Below are positions 11,181-21,208 of a DNA stretch of 64,000 nucleotides, piece by piece; positions within the stretch are counted from its first letter, which is position 1; every line of letters begins with the position of its first letter. The notes beneath the pieces were generated by a model that was not told the DNA's origin, ran no database searches, and was given only the letters and a program-made list of their open reading frames with translations. Location of the stretch: IMG/VR virus record IMGVR_UViG_2571042447_000001, one strand, 5' to 3'. Both the position numbers and the translations under genes were made by a program. The DNA comes from a virus.

Positions 11181-12103
11181 TCAGGCCTTGTCGGCGCCCT
11201 TGATCAGCACCGCACGGTTCTTGTCGATCGTCTTCACGCCGTACAGCGTGTCGAGCGAGATGACCGACACCTTCTTGTTGATGTCGTAGTCCGAAGCGAT
11301 GCGGATGCTGATGCCCTTGTAGGTTGCGACCTCGGCGTTGCTGCCGGGTGCAATCTCCAGAGGTGCGCTGACGAAGGCGAACGCGGTCGGGTGGAATCCG
11401 ACGCCGACCTCGGTCGTGGGGTCGCCGGCTGCCTGCGCGCCGGGAGCCTTCGGCTGACCGACGTTCTGCGTCTGGTAGACGTCGAAGCCGAACACGTCGC
11501 GGCCGAGAGAGCCGCGGCGCAGTGCCTCGGTGCTGCCCGACTTGTCAGCATGCTTGATGATGTCGGAGTTGAGCCACTGGGCCTTGGTCGTGGGGCCGAT
11601 GACTGCGTGCCGCAGCGTCTCCGGGAGCTTGTTGATGTCGAGGACGCGCCCAACCTCGATCAGCGCCTCGGGCTTGTTCCACTCGAATCCTGCCTGCGCA
11701 GGCAGACCGGCTTCCTGGGTTACGTCGTCCCGCAGGAAAGGATGGCGCGGTCGATCTTCTGCGCAATCGCCTCCATGGCCGGGGTGAGAAGCTGCTCGTC
11801 GAAGTCCTCGATATCGAGCGTGAGCTCTTCCGAGGTCACCTCGAACGAGACGTCTGCGATGCGATCGAGGACCACCGGGATCTGGCCTTCGGTGGCGGAC
11901 TGGATCTCGATGCCGGTTGCTCGGTTGAAATCCTTGGCCTCGAAGACAGCGGGCTTGCGGACGTTGACCGTGTTGCCGACCTTCTGCGCGGTGAACTCGC
12001 GAGAGTGGTCGGTGTGCACGAGTGGCACCATGACCAGCGATTCGTAGAGCGTCGCGAGGGCCTGGCGTGCGATGACGTCGGGGGTGAGGAAGTTGTTTGC
12101 CAC
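11181..12103 (-). CDS. Major capsid protein (P22 coat-like); apparent 1-nt frameshift near 11735
   Basis: MANNFLTPDVIARQAL...KVGNTVNVRKP. Restoring one C gives KIDRAILSLRDDVTQEAG and runs on to ISLDTLYGVKTID; follows the scaffold gene. Confidence 0.85.
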
Positions 12104-12122
12104 GGTGTGGGCTCCTTACGGG

Positions 12123-12884
12123 TCAGCGGGCATCGCGCCGCTTGCGGCGCGAAACTCGGAGGGAATCGATGTCGGTGGCCTTGGGCTCACCGGCGGTGGG
12201 GTCGCCGTTGCCGGCGGAGAGGTCGGCACCCGAACGTGCGGGGCCGTCCTTCTTCGGCTTGCGCAGGCGTGGGTGCTCGGCGATCGCGTTCTCGATCGCG
12301 GTCTTCAGCTGGTCCTCGAGATCCGTTGCGTCCGGGTCGATCGCAGCGATGGTGGTTCGGAACGTGAGGGAGTCGAGCAGTGCGACAGCATCGGCGTCGG
12401 TGTCGTCTGCAGCGCGGTAGAGGGCGAGGTCGCGTCGGGCTTCGGCGGCTGCCTTGGTCTGCGCTGTCGCGCGTGCTTCGGCGTCGTCTGCCTTGGCCTT
12501 CGCCTGGGCGACTACCTCGGCGGGGTCGACTTCGGTCTTGTCCTCTGCGGGGAGAATTCCGAGTTCCTTGCCGAGTCGTTCGGTGAACTCCCGCTGCTGC
12601 TGTTCGGCTGCTGCGCGGGCTTCTTCGCGTGCCTTGTCGGCGGCTTCTTCGGCGGCCTTGGCGATCGCTTCCTGGTTCGCCTGTCGGAGCTGCTGGTTTT
12701 CGCGGCGGAGTTTGCGCGCCTCGGAAACCTTGATGACGGGGTCGTCGTCGTCGGTGGTCGTTGCGCCGCCTTCGTTACCCGTGGTGGGTTCGGTGGTGGT
12801 GGTCTCCTCGACGGTGGTGTCGTTGTCGGTGGGATCACCTGCGGGGCTGTCGGTTTCGACGACTTTGCTGGTGCTGTCGGACAT
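12123..12884 (-). CDS. Capsid scaffolding protein
   Basis: 253 aa with acidic Thr-rich N-terminus, coiled coil and RSGADLSAG tail; precedes the capsid gene. Confidence 0.8.
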   Translation of the reverse strand: MSDSTSKVVETDSPAGDPTDNDTTVEETTTTEPTTGNEGGATTTDDDDPVIKVSEARKLRRENQQLRQANQEAIAKAAEEAADKAREEARAAAEQQQREFTERLGKELGILPAEDKTEVDPAEVVAQAKAKADDAEARATAQTKAAAEARRDLALYRAADDTDADAVALLDSLTFRTTIAAIDPDATDLEDQLKTAIENAIAEHPRLRKPKKDGPARSGADLSAGNGDPTAGEPKATDIDSLRVSRRKRRDAR

Positions 12885-13029
12885 GAGGTGGCCCTTCTTG
12901 CCGCGCCGGGCGGCGGGTAGGCAGACGGCACGACGCCAGGTCGGTACCGCGGGAAATGTGAAAGGAGCCCCGACGCCAGGTCAGAGGCTTGAAGGTCCCG
13001 GTTCTGCCGCCAGGCAGGTACGGGGGACG

Positions 13030-13101
13030 TTGATGCGGCAGGGGTCGAACCTGCGACTCGCCGGTCAGGAACCGGTTGCTCTCCGGGTGAGCTACGCACC
13101 A
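13030..13101 (-). tRNA. tRNA-Arg(CCT)-like gene, no encoded CCA
   Basis: Cloverleaf: acceptor TGGTGCG/CGCATCA, D arm GCTC-ACCCGGA-GAGC, anticodon arm CCGG-TTCCTGA-CCGG, T arm GCAGG-TTCGACC-CCTGC. Confidence 0.6.
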
Positions 13102-13162
13102 TGAACGGCGACAAGCCCGCTACACCGGTGTGGTGTGCGGGCTTGTCGGCTGTTCGGTTGGG

Positions 13163-13387
13163 TTAGACGCCTTGGGGGTGTTCGGCGTGGAACTGCGTCC
13201 AGGCCGCGGCGATCGCGGCAGGTCTGTCAGACGGTGTGGCGGTGATGATGGCTGCGAGTGCGTCGTCGTGCCACTGCCCGAACGGGCTGCAAGAGTTGAC
13301 CTCTCCCTCATCGATCGCGAGGTTGATGTCGTACTCGAATAGTGTTCGCCATTCGGAGTAGCCGGTCGGAGTGCCGTTGGTTCTCAT
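13163..13387 (-). CDS. Small protein downstream of MuF fusion (possible immunity/partner)
   Basis: 74-aa ORF whose ATG overlaps the stop of the upstream gene. Confidence 0.5.
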   Translation of the reverse strand: MRTNGTPTGYSEWRTLFEYDINLAIDEGEVNSCSPFGQWHDDALAAIITATPSDRPAAIAAAWTQFHAEHPQGV

Positions 13388-15217
13388 TGCCTTCTAGCCT
13401 CCGGAACCTGTGCGAGCAGCATCCCGTGGAGTGCGCGCGAGACTTCCGTTGCGTCGTCGCCGTTGAGTTCGACGTCGAGGAACGCTTCGCCGAGAACTTC
13501 GACCGGATCGACGATCATGGGGTTGTCGTGGCGGAACGAGTACCCCGACATCTGACTCTGCAGCCATCGGGTTTGAGTGTCGTTGTCGCCTTTCACCACC
13601 TCAGGATGCCGTGACATGACCTCTGTGACCGTCCGAAGCACTTTCCGGCGCGCCGTGTGATTGCCGAGGTGGTCGATGACGTGCCCGAATTCGTGGACGA
13701 TGACCGACCACATCCCTCTGCGGGCTGAGTTGCGTGGGTGGAAACCGCCTTGCTCGTCCTGTTCGAGTGAAGCCAGCAGGGCTGACCGGTCGCGGAGCAC
13801 TGTCTCCGAAACCGAGAGCCTGCCGACGATCCATCCTCCGGGGTTGTCGGGATCCGGATTGCCGCCCGCGTTCGCCAGGTGCCGCTCGGGGAGGTCTCGT
13901 GTTCGCAAGCGGGGCGCCCGCGCCCACGGATACCGGTGGTGCATGTCGACGACCGCGTCCACCAGTCTCCGAATGTGTCCAGGTCTGCGACCTCGAATCC
14001 GGTCGCCGCGACGTCGATGTCGGTGAGCCGTTGCAGTTGGCGTTGGTATCCGTCGCCGCCATGTGAGCGAGGCGAGTCAGGAGCTGGTGGACCTGGGTTG
14101 CCCGTCACCATCGCCGGGCGCTCAAGCCGTGTGCGGTATCCGAGGTCGATCTGTTCTCGGCGCCGCAAGCGTGGCACGCCGGTCTCTTCGACCAGTTCTC
14201 GGATTTGCTTCTGTGCTGCGCGTACGCGAGTGTTCGCCGTTGCTATTGCAGCGGGGGTGATCGCTGCCGCGCGCATCCGCTTGCTGGCCCGCACCTCTCG
14301 TTCGAGGGCTCGCAACTGTTGCGTGGCCACGTATCCAGCGGGATCAACCGGTGGCACGTTCGGGAGATCGTCGCCGGGCACCCACAGTCGCAAACCGTGG
14401 CGGCAGCCGGGTGGTGCAGTCCGCGTGCGCGTGCCTCGGATAATGACGCCACCACCGGGACTGATCGGCCGGCGTGGATCGCACCGCGTGTGGCGCCAGT
14501 CAGGGACAGGAGCCGACCCTGGAACGGTGCGCATTGTGGTGAGCAATTCGCCACGGTGCTTACACGCACCAGGTCGTAGCCATTCTCGGACAGCAGTGCC
14601 GTGTGCGTATCCATCGCAGCCCGCGCGCATGCTGTGCGGGTTGCCGTTTCGACGTAGTTGACCAGGTTGATCCTGCGACCGCGCCGATCGACGAAGCCGG
14701 TGATTCCGCGTGCTGCGAACCGGTCGAGCATCTGCTGCGCGAGCGCCACCCGACCGGCTTCCCCCTGGATCCGGGAGGATAGGACTCCTGCCATGACCTG
14801 CCGGTAGAGGCCTTCGGTTGAGGCCAGGATGTGCGGATGCATCCGCGACAACGACGGCAACAACCCCGCAGGTGCGCGAACCAGCGTTGCGGCTGATGTG
14901 CGTGGCACGTGCGGTGCTGACTCCCGAAGCCAGCCCGGCGGGAGCTCTTTCATCGCCGCACGCCGGCCTCGATCCGCGGACTCGGCCAGAGCCCGCATTG
15001 CCTCTCTGCGTCCACGGACGTAGGCACCGGCCATCAACTCCCGCGCCGCGCTGCGGAATTCGTTCATGCGGCTCCACCGACGCACGCCGGACCGCGGTTG
15101 GCGGGCATCCTCGGCTACGGCCGCGGCGACACGGCCGATCAGCACTTGCTCGGCTGAGGCGTACACCGCCGACGACGCCCGGATGAGAGCTTCGATCTGC
15201 TCGGGGCCTAACGACAT
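13384..15217 (-). CDS. Minor capsid protein (MuF/minor capsid 2) with C-terminal HEFGH metallopeptidase-like domain; two apparent 1-nt frameshifts (about 14410 and 13960)
   Basis: GITGFVDRRGR, CSPQCAPFQG and GLHHP-CRH motifs; C-terminal VIVHEFGHVIDH; follows the portal gene. Confidence 0.7.
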
Positions 15218-15236
15218 CAGCCGTCACCCCCGAAGA

Positions 15237-16796
15237 TCAGTACTCGCTGTCCGGAACGTCGGGTTCGGCGACGTACGCCAGCTTCGCCTTGCGCTCGACG
15301 TCCTTCCAGATCCGGTCGACCTCGTCGTTGACGTCGTCACTCGACCAGTTCGGGTGCTGTTGGCGAACCATCTGCTCGACCGAGACGCCATTCGCCGCCG
15401 ACAATGTTCCGAGCGTCTGGGCCAACTCGACCGGGCTTTGCTGCGGCCGAATCGGAAACCGGATCTCCGGCATGTCCTTCAGCTCGAGACCTGTTCCGAA
15501 TTGGATGTTGTCGAGTTCGAACCCTGCCCGCGCGAACGGGCGAAGACCGGCCTTGTAGTAGTTGATCTTCTTGTCCCGAGTACGTTCCGACAAACGGTCA
15601 CGGGAGTTGACCTCAGTTGCCGTCGCGGCACCGGTAGAGGCTGTGAGGGAATTGTCCGAGAACGACCCCGCCGACAGGCCAGCGCCTCGCAGGATCGCAT
15701 TCAGAAGTTCCGCGCACGTGTTGGCGTGTTCCTGCCACCGGATCGTGAATTGGTTCGCCTGAACTGGCGCGTTGCCGTTCTGCATCGAACCGAGCCCGGA
15801 TGCCATCGGCGTGAAGATCGATTGCTCACCGTCCCAGGCTGATCCCTTACCGGGACCGAGTGGCTTGAGCATCGATTCGTCGACGAACAGCCGCGCCTTA
15901 CCGAGGTCGATGTCACGCATCCACGAGCTGTAAGACTCGTCGAGCGCATCGAAGAGCGGCTCCAACCCGTCGAAGTCGGACCGGCCGAGCGGAGAGAGCC
16001 CGTGGATCGGTCGCCACTTCCGGTTGGGACGCACATTCGGGATGTACGTTGCCGTCAGCGCGTCGATACCAGTTTCAATGGCACCTTCACTGTCGACTAG
16101 GTCAGCTGCCCACGACGTCGACGAGTGCTCGGTCAGTGGAACGGCTCTGCCCAGACGGCCCCGGTCACCTTCGTAGAGCCCGTGCAGGATTCGTCCCGGC
16201 TCATGACGCTCGAGATGTCGGTAGACCGTGTCGTTGTCGTCGTTCACGACGGTCCAGAACGTCACCCCGGCCAGTTGGTCGTATTTCCATGTCGGGACCG
16301 CTGCGTCGGCGGCGACTGCCCCGAGCTTGACCTTGTCAGCGACTTCCTTGTCCCACCACCAGCGCAGGTACGTGCCACCCAGCGCGGACGCCACTTCAGC
16401 GGACTCCGCCAGTGTCGCGGCGGCATCGTCTTCACCGAAGAGTTTCTGCAGACGGTCCTGCGTTGCCTGATGATCACCGCGCGCGTCGTCCTCTCCGACT
16501 ACGAACATCGGTGGTTGCGCGAACAGCAGGTCTGCCGAAGCTCGGGCGAGGTCGGACGCTGCGGGTACGTGAAGTCGGTGCGACTGCTGGGGGTTTGGCC
16601 GGCCCCAAAAGAATCGAGCCAACTTCCCGACGACTCCCCCGGCGTACTGAGATGGGCGCTGCCGGTTATTTTCCCGGTAGATTTCTTCGAGCACCTCGAC
16701 GTTGCCGGTGTACCAGGCATTCCAGGTGCGCATTTCCTTCTGCGCGCGGTCGAACGGTTTCGGCGGCCATTCGGTGGACTTCTCAGGAAGCGGCAT
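15237..16796 (-). CDS. Portal protein (SPP1 Gp6-like)
   Basis: 519 aa with LHVPAASDLARASADLLF, GRSDFDG and TATEV motifs; follows the terminase gene. Confidence 0.9.
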   Translation of the reverse strand: MPLPEKSTEWPPKPFDRAQKEMRTWNAWYTGNVEVLEEIYRENNRQRPSQYAGGVVGKLARFFWGRPNPQQSHRLHVPAASDLARASADLLFAQPPMFVVGEDDARGDHQATQDRLQKLFGEDDAAATLAESAEVASALGGTYLRWWWDKEVADKVKLGAVAADAAVPTWKYDQLAGVTFWTVVNDDNDTVYRHLERHEPGRILHGLYEGDRGRLGRAVPLTEHSSTSWAADLVDSEGAIETGIDALTATYIPNVRPNRKWRPIHGLSPLGRSDFDGLEPLFDALDESYSSWMRDIDLGKARLFVDESMLKPLGPGKGSAWDGEQSIFTPMASGLGSMQNGNAPVQANQFTIRWQEHANTCAELLNAILRGAGLSAGSFSDNSLTASTGAATATEVNSRDRLSERTRDKKINYYKAGLRPFARAGFELDNIQFGTGLELKDMPEIRFPIRPQQSPVELAQTLGTLSAANGVSVEQMVRQQHPNWSSDDVNDEVDRIWKDVERKAKLAYVAEPDVPDSEY

Positions 16797-18066
16797 ACTC
16801 GCCTCCGTTCACATCGACGTAGCGTCGCCACCGCTTTTCGGTGGTGACGATGGCGTAGCGGGCAGCGTCGAGCGCGTGATCCGCAGACTTGATGGGCTGG
16901 TCGTAGCCCTCGGATGTTGCTTGCGTGTCCCACGAGTAACCGGCGACCTCGGTCATGAAGGTCTTGCAGCGATCAGTGACCTTCAGCTTTCCGGTCGAGA
17001 GCAACGTTGCGATGGTCCGAATTCCGTACAGCACATCGTTTTCGGCCGCGTACGTCGGGAGTTCGTCTTGCAGGAGCTGTACCCGGAATGACGCCGCTGC
17101 GGGGTCGACGATGACCGGTCCGGGAGGCATTCGCGTCGGGTATGGCAGGTGCCCTTCGGCGAGCCAGTCACGCAGGCCGCGGGAGAGCTGAGCGTCGGTC
17201 CAGCGGGTGGCGTCCGATCGTGGCGTGTACGACCATTCGTCGATCAGGTAGAGCACGCCGTCGGCGCCTACGCCGAGCAACAGCGCCACGGTGGGATTCG
17301 TGGTGCCGTAGTCGACTCCGACGCCGAACAGTTCCACCATCTGCGGTAGGTCCTGCCACCGCACGACGTGCTTGGACGGCTCCCACATGTCGTAGACGGC
17401 GCCGTCGGCTGCGACCCAGTGGCCGAGGATGAAGCGGCGGTACCAGAGGCCTGTGTACTCGCGCTTGATCGAGTTCTTGTAGTCCTCGGACAATGCAGGG
17501 TTGTCGTCGAGCGTGAAATGCCAACTGCGCCAGTCTGGAAGCTCGTGCAGTCGGTCGAGGTATTCGGCCTTGAGCCAGTGCATCGGGTTGTCGGGGTTCG
17601 TCGTTCCGAACAACTTCGCGCCGGTGACAGACATACGACCGAGTAGCTGATGGAAGAAGTCCGACCGAATAACGGTGATTTCATCGGCGTAGGCACCGGC
17701 AACGGTGAGCCCTCGAAGGGACTTCTCCGCCTTCGCGTCCGATGCACCGAGCATGTAGACGCGGCGCCCGAGGATCGTCGCAGACGGCGCGCCTGCGACG
17801 TAGTGGACGGTGTCGGCGAATTCCCCGAAGATGTCGGGATCCTGCATCGGAGAGATGACGTTGCGAGCGAGGGATTCGCGGGTACGCCCGACCATGACGA
17901 ACTGCCCGCCCCCTGGCGGGTTCGACAGGAACATCAGCCACCGCATCATCGAGCCGAAGGTCTTTCCGGAACGGATTGCGCCTTCCCAGATGTTGATGCG
18001 GGCTTCGGCCTCAGCTATCGAGTAGAGCTGTTTCCGCGACAGTGGCAGGTCATTGAACGTCGTCAC
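16783..18066 (-). CDS. Terminase large subunit (PBSX-like)
   Basis: Walker A EGAIRSGKT, Walker B AYADE, TTNPD, GVDYG and DHALDAARY motifs; GTG start at 18066. Confidence 0.92.
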   Translation of the reverse strand: MTTFNDLPLSRKQLYSIAEAEARINIWEGAIRSGKTFGSMMRWLMFLSNPPGGGQFVMVGRTRESLARNVISPMQDPDIFGEFADTVHYVAGAPSATILGRRVYMLGASDAKAEKSLRGLTVAGAYADEITVIRSDFFHQLLGRMSVTGAKLFGTTNPDNPMHWLKAEYLDRLHELPDWRSWHFTLDDNPALSEDYKNSIKREYTGLWYRRFILGHWVAADGAVYDMWEPSKHVVRWQDLPQMVELFGVGVDYGTTNPTVALLLGVGADGVLYLIDEWSYTPRSDATRWTDAQLSRGLRDWLAEGHLPYPTRMPPGPVIVDPAAASFRVQLLQDELPTYAAENDVLYGIRTIATLLSTGKLKVTDRCKTFMTEVAGYSWDTQATSEGYDQPIKSADHALDAARYAIVTTEKRWRRYVDVNGGEYAAS

Positions 18067-18687
18067 CCGCCACCTCCTTCTGCTCTGCAGCGGTACCGGC
18101 TTCGTCGTTGACGGGCACTGATGTGTCCGGCGGCGGCGCACCGTTCTTCTTGTCCTCGTCAACGACCGTCTTGATGCGATCGATGAGATTGGCGAGCACG
18201 GACCGCTTGTCCTCGACCGACGAATCGGTAGAGCCCGCAATGAGATCCATGTGGCCTTTGAGCGCGATCTGCAGTGCGGCGTAGCCGTCGCGGGCGTCGC
18301 GAAGTGGCGGCAGCGGCAAGGTCACCGGATCATGGCGTCCTGACCGCGTTCGTAGTAGTTGTGTGGGGACCACAGGCGCTCACGGAGCTTGACGACGTCG
18401 TCGAGAAGTTGCTCGGCGAGGTCGACTCGGCGTGCCTTCATCTTCGCGACGCGAGCGGCCGTCGCTTCGACCGTCGCAGCCTCGTCGAATGAAAGCCCGA
18501 GTTCCTTGGCGACCTTGGTTACCGAGTACGCGGACCGGCCGATTTCGCGCGCTATCTCGTTGCGTCCCTTGCCCTGTGCATGCAACGCAGCGATCTTGTC
18601 GCGTTCAGCCTGTGTGAGGTCCGGCTTCTTCGTGCCCTTCTTCGGGCGAGTTGTCCGCGATCGCGACGCGGGTGGAAGCGGAGCCAT
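18050..18687 (-). CDS. HTH-containing terminase small subunit (apparent frameshift near 18325)
   Basis: GKGRNEIAREIGRSAYSVTKV HTH motif; directly upstream of and overlapping TerL. Confidence 0.65.
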
Positions 18688-18690
18688 GTA

Positions 18691-19041
18691 TCACGCGCCT
18701 CGGAAGCGGCCGGCCCAGAATGCGAGTTTGCGGTCCGCTCGATCACGAACGGCCTGAATCGGGTTCGGAATCGGCATGCCCGATGCAGGGTCGATGATGA
18801 GCAGTCCAGCTTCGGCGATGATGACGGTCGATTCCTGATATTCGGCGATCGCCTCGCAGTAGGCGGCGAATTCGTCGATGTCCGCAGGGGTGAGATTGAA
18901 CAAGGGGGCCAACCGTGCCCACGTCTGTTTGCCGATGTCCGTCAGCCACTCGGGTGTCTCCGGTGGTATGTCCGATGAAGTGGGCTCAGGTGGTTTGTGG
19001 TTGGGGCGCAGGGAAACTACGGAAAGCTCCGGGCTGCTCAT
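18691..19041 (-). CDS. P27-family terminase small subunit-like protein
   Basis: PPETPEWLTDIGKQTWARL...FAAYCEAIAEYQ...IPNPIQ pattern typical of the P27 family. Confidence 0.55.
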   Translation of the reverse strand: MSSPELSVVSLRPNHKPPEPTSSDIPPETPEWLTDIGKQTWARLAPLFNLTPADIDEFAAYCEAIAEYQESTVIIAEAGLLIIDPASGMPIPNPIQAVRDRADRKLAFWAGRFRGA

Positions 19042-19141
19042 GTTGGCCCTCCCGTCAGAGTCGGCTCGATTGTTCAGTTGTGGGGACGGGTTGTGACGTC
19101 GGTCGGTGCACATTTCAAGCACGCGACCAACGTCTGACCTC

Positions 19142-19264
19142 TTAGGTCGAACCGCTGAGAGAACCGGCTGCCGGGCTTGCGGCGGTGCGGTTGCGGTTAC
19201 GGCCAGTGATTCGGTTGAAGACACCGGAGATGCGCTGGCCGAGACGACGGGCTGCGTTACGCAT
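19142..19264 (-). CDS. 40-aa Arg-rich peptide
   Basis: MRNAARRLGQRISGVFNRITGRNRNRTAASPAAGSLSGST with strong AGGAGGG RBS. Confidence 0.65.
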   Translation of the reverse strand: MRNAARRLGQRISGVFNRITGRNRNRTAASPAAGSLSGST

Positions 19265-19297
19265 GGTCACCCCTCCTTTCCTGTGATCCGGGCAGCA

Positions 19298-19333
19298 GAA
19301 AGCCCCGAGACACTTCGGCGACTCGGGGCTTTC
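19298..19333. other. GC-rich hairpin upstream of the peptide gene
   Basis: GAAAGCCCCGAG / CTCGGGGCTTTC 12-bp inverted repeat. Confidence 0.6.
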
Positions 19334-19393
19334 AGCTGCTGGTGGGCTTGTGGTCAACCCGCAACCCGGTTGCCCGGGTGGGGAAGTCGGTGA

Positions 19394-19774
19394 CTACCGG
19401 CCCTCGAATTCGATTCCGAGGATCTCTGCGGCTTTGTGACCGTCGAGGTACTTGTCCCCTAGTTCGAGGACGCCGGCGCTGGCGAGGAAGGCATCTTTCG
19501 CTGCACGGTTCTTGAAGCACAGTGTGACCCAGTACTCGGAGTCGTTCATCTGGCCGAACTGCTCAGCCCACTCTTTCGACGCTCCGGACAAGCCTTTGCC
19601 GAGCGCGTTGAGTTCGGCCTTCGTGTCGTGCTCGATGTCGTCGGTGTATTCGACGTCGGCGAGAGGGTCGGGGTGGGGTTTCGCTTTCAATGCGGAGACG
19701 ACGTCTGCGCGGGAGAACTTCGCGCGGTTGCCTCCGGCTTTGAGCTTTGCTTTCACTTCGTCAGACAGAGCCAT
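19394..19774 (-). CDS. Hypothetical protein coupled to the PP-loop gene
   Basis: 126 aa, overlaps the upstream stop; DSEYWVTLCFKNRAAKDAFL...GDKYLDG. Confidence 0.7.
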   Translation of the reverse strand: MALSDEVKAKLKAGGNRAKFSRADVVSALKAKPHPDPLADVEYTDDIEHDTKAELNALGKGLSGASKEWAEQFGQMNDSEYWVTLCFKNRAAKDAFLASAGVLELGDKYLDGHKAAEILGIEFEGR

Positions 19775-20528
19775 TGATCATGTCCATTCTCATCAGTTCG
19801 AGTTCAGCCAGCGGGAACCAGTGCAGGATGCGCTGGTAGTCGTCGGGGGCGTGGTCGTGGATCGGCTTGAGGAAGTCGTATCGAATTCCGTCGAAGGACC
19901 GACCGTTGCCGTCGAGCCCGCCTTTGTGTCTGGGGTTCACTTTTCCGGCGAGGTATTTGCCGAACCACTCGTAGTCGGGGCCGAGTGTGATGCCGCGGTC
20001 CTTGATCGCCCGTCGCACGTCTGCGATGCCCCAGTCCCAGATGACGGACTGGCGTCGGGTGCGGTGTTTGATCGGGCCGTGGCGCATGATCGCCATTCGC
20101 CTTTGGGCGGAGTCTGTTGCCCGCACGCCGTCGAGGATCCAGGTGTCGTCCTCGGCGAAGTTGTCGCGCATGAGCATGTCCCACTCTTCGCGTGTCGGCG
20201 ACGGGAATCCTGCAGCTTCGATGATCGCGCAGCGTTCGGGCGGCTGGAAGGTGAGGTTGTTGAGCATGCGGTAGAACGCATCTGCCGGCAGGTCGACGAT
20301 ATGTGTTTGAAAATAGTCTTCGTAGCGTTTGAGATCGTCCTCGACGAACTTCAGTCCCGGCACGATCGACTTGTGGATCGGGATGACCTGCATGTTTCGT
20401 CGTTCGAGTTCGATCCAGACGGCGACTGAGTCTTTGCCGCGGGAGAAGTTGAGGATGACGGGTCGACCTTCCGCTGCGAGGTCGTCGAGCATCTGCTTCG
20501 ACGGGGTGATTCCGTCGAGTTCGATCAT
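19761..20528 (-). CDS. PAPS-reductase-like / adenine nucleotide alpha-hydrolase (PP-loop) protein
   Basis: LNFSRGKDS PP-loop, GVRATDSAQRR and IWDW motifs. Confidence 0.75.
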   Translation of the reverse strand: MIELDGITPSKQMLDDLAAEGRPVILNFSRGKDSVAVWIELERRNMQVIPIHKSIVPGLKFVEDDLKRYEDYFQTHIVDLPADAFYRMLNNLTFQPPERCAIIEAAGFPSPTREEWDMLMRDNFAEDDTWILDGVRATDSAQRRMAIMRHGPIKHRTRRQSVIWDWGIADVRRAIKDRGITLGPDYEWFGKYLAGKVNPRHKGGLDGNGRSFDGIRYDFLKPIHDHAPDDYQRILHWFPLAELELMRMDMINGSV

Positions 20529-20839
20529 GTGGTGCTCCGTTCAGTCACAGTCGCGTCGGAATCGCAACCGATGATTCTGGTGTTCGCGGCGTCCTGTGCG
20601 TCGAGGGTCAGCAGTCGCCATGCGTACCAAATCGTTTCTCCGCCACCGAAGTCGACGGTGAAACTTCCGTTATTGTGGTCGCCGGTGCAGGTGAGAGATT
20701 CGTTGGTGAACAGGTATCTGCCGGCGTTCGCACGGATGCTCGGTAGTTCGATGTCAGCCCAGACTCCGTCGTCGAAGTATCTGACTTCACCGTGGTGATC
20801 GGTGTATTCGATGACGGCGACTGTCGTTTGGTCGCTCAT
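20525..20839 (-). CDS. Hypothetical protein
   Basis: 104-aa ORF, 4-bp overlaps with both neighbours. Confidence 0.6.
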   Translation of the reverse strand: MSDQTTVAVIEYTDHHGEVRYFDDGVWADIELPSIRANAGRYLFTNESLTCTGDHNNGSFTVDFGGGETIWYAWRLLTLDAQDAANTRIIGCDSDATVTERSTT

Positions 20840-21027
20840 AGCTCGGTCACGTCAATTACGGTGCGTTCGAGTCCCAGGAATCCGTCGCCGCGCTCGTCTA
20901 CGAGGCTGGCGAGCGCGTTGCTGAGGTCGTATCCTTCTTCGTGTTGTTCGACTGCGAAGTCGTCCGGAACGTCGAACTCCTGCTGGTGTGTGCTGTGCTC
21001 TTCCCAGATGACTCTGATCTTTTTCAT
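20836..21027 (-). CDS. Hypothetical protein
   Basis: 63-aa ORF with GGGGGAG RBS; first gene of the leftward unit from island 1. Confidence 0.6.
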   Translation of the reverse strand: MKKIRVIWEEHSTHQQEFDVPDDFAVEQHEEGYDLSNALASLVDERGDGFLGLERTVIDVTEL

Positions 21028-21178
21028 CGCACTCCCCCGTCTCGCTGGGGGAAGTGTGGGGCCGGCTGGGCTGTGGTGGCATTTGGGTGGTGTTCTCCCA
21101 TGGGTGACCTCACTGGTTTGGGATGTTCCCCTGGGGCACTTGCCCCCTGGGCCAGCTTGACTAGCTGGTGTGTCCCTG

Positions 21179-21208
21179 ACATTAGGTCACTATGCCCCAA
21201 TAGTGCAA
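21179..21208 (-). promoter_or_regulatory. SigA-like promoter (leftward) with operator in the spacer
   Basis: TTGCAC-N18-TAATGT; overlaps CACTAT-N6-ATAGTG (21188-21205). Confidence 0.6.
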
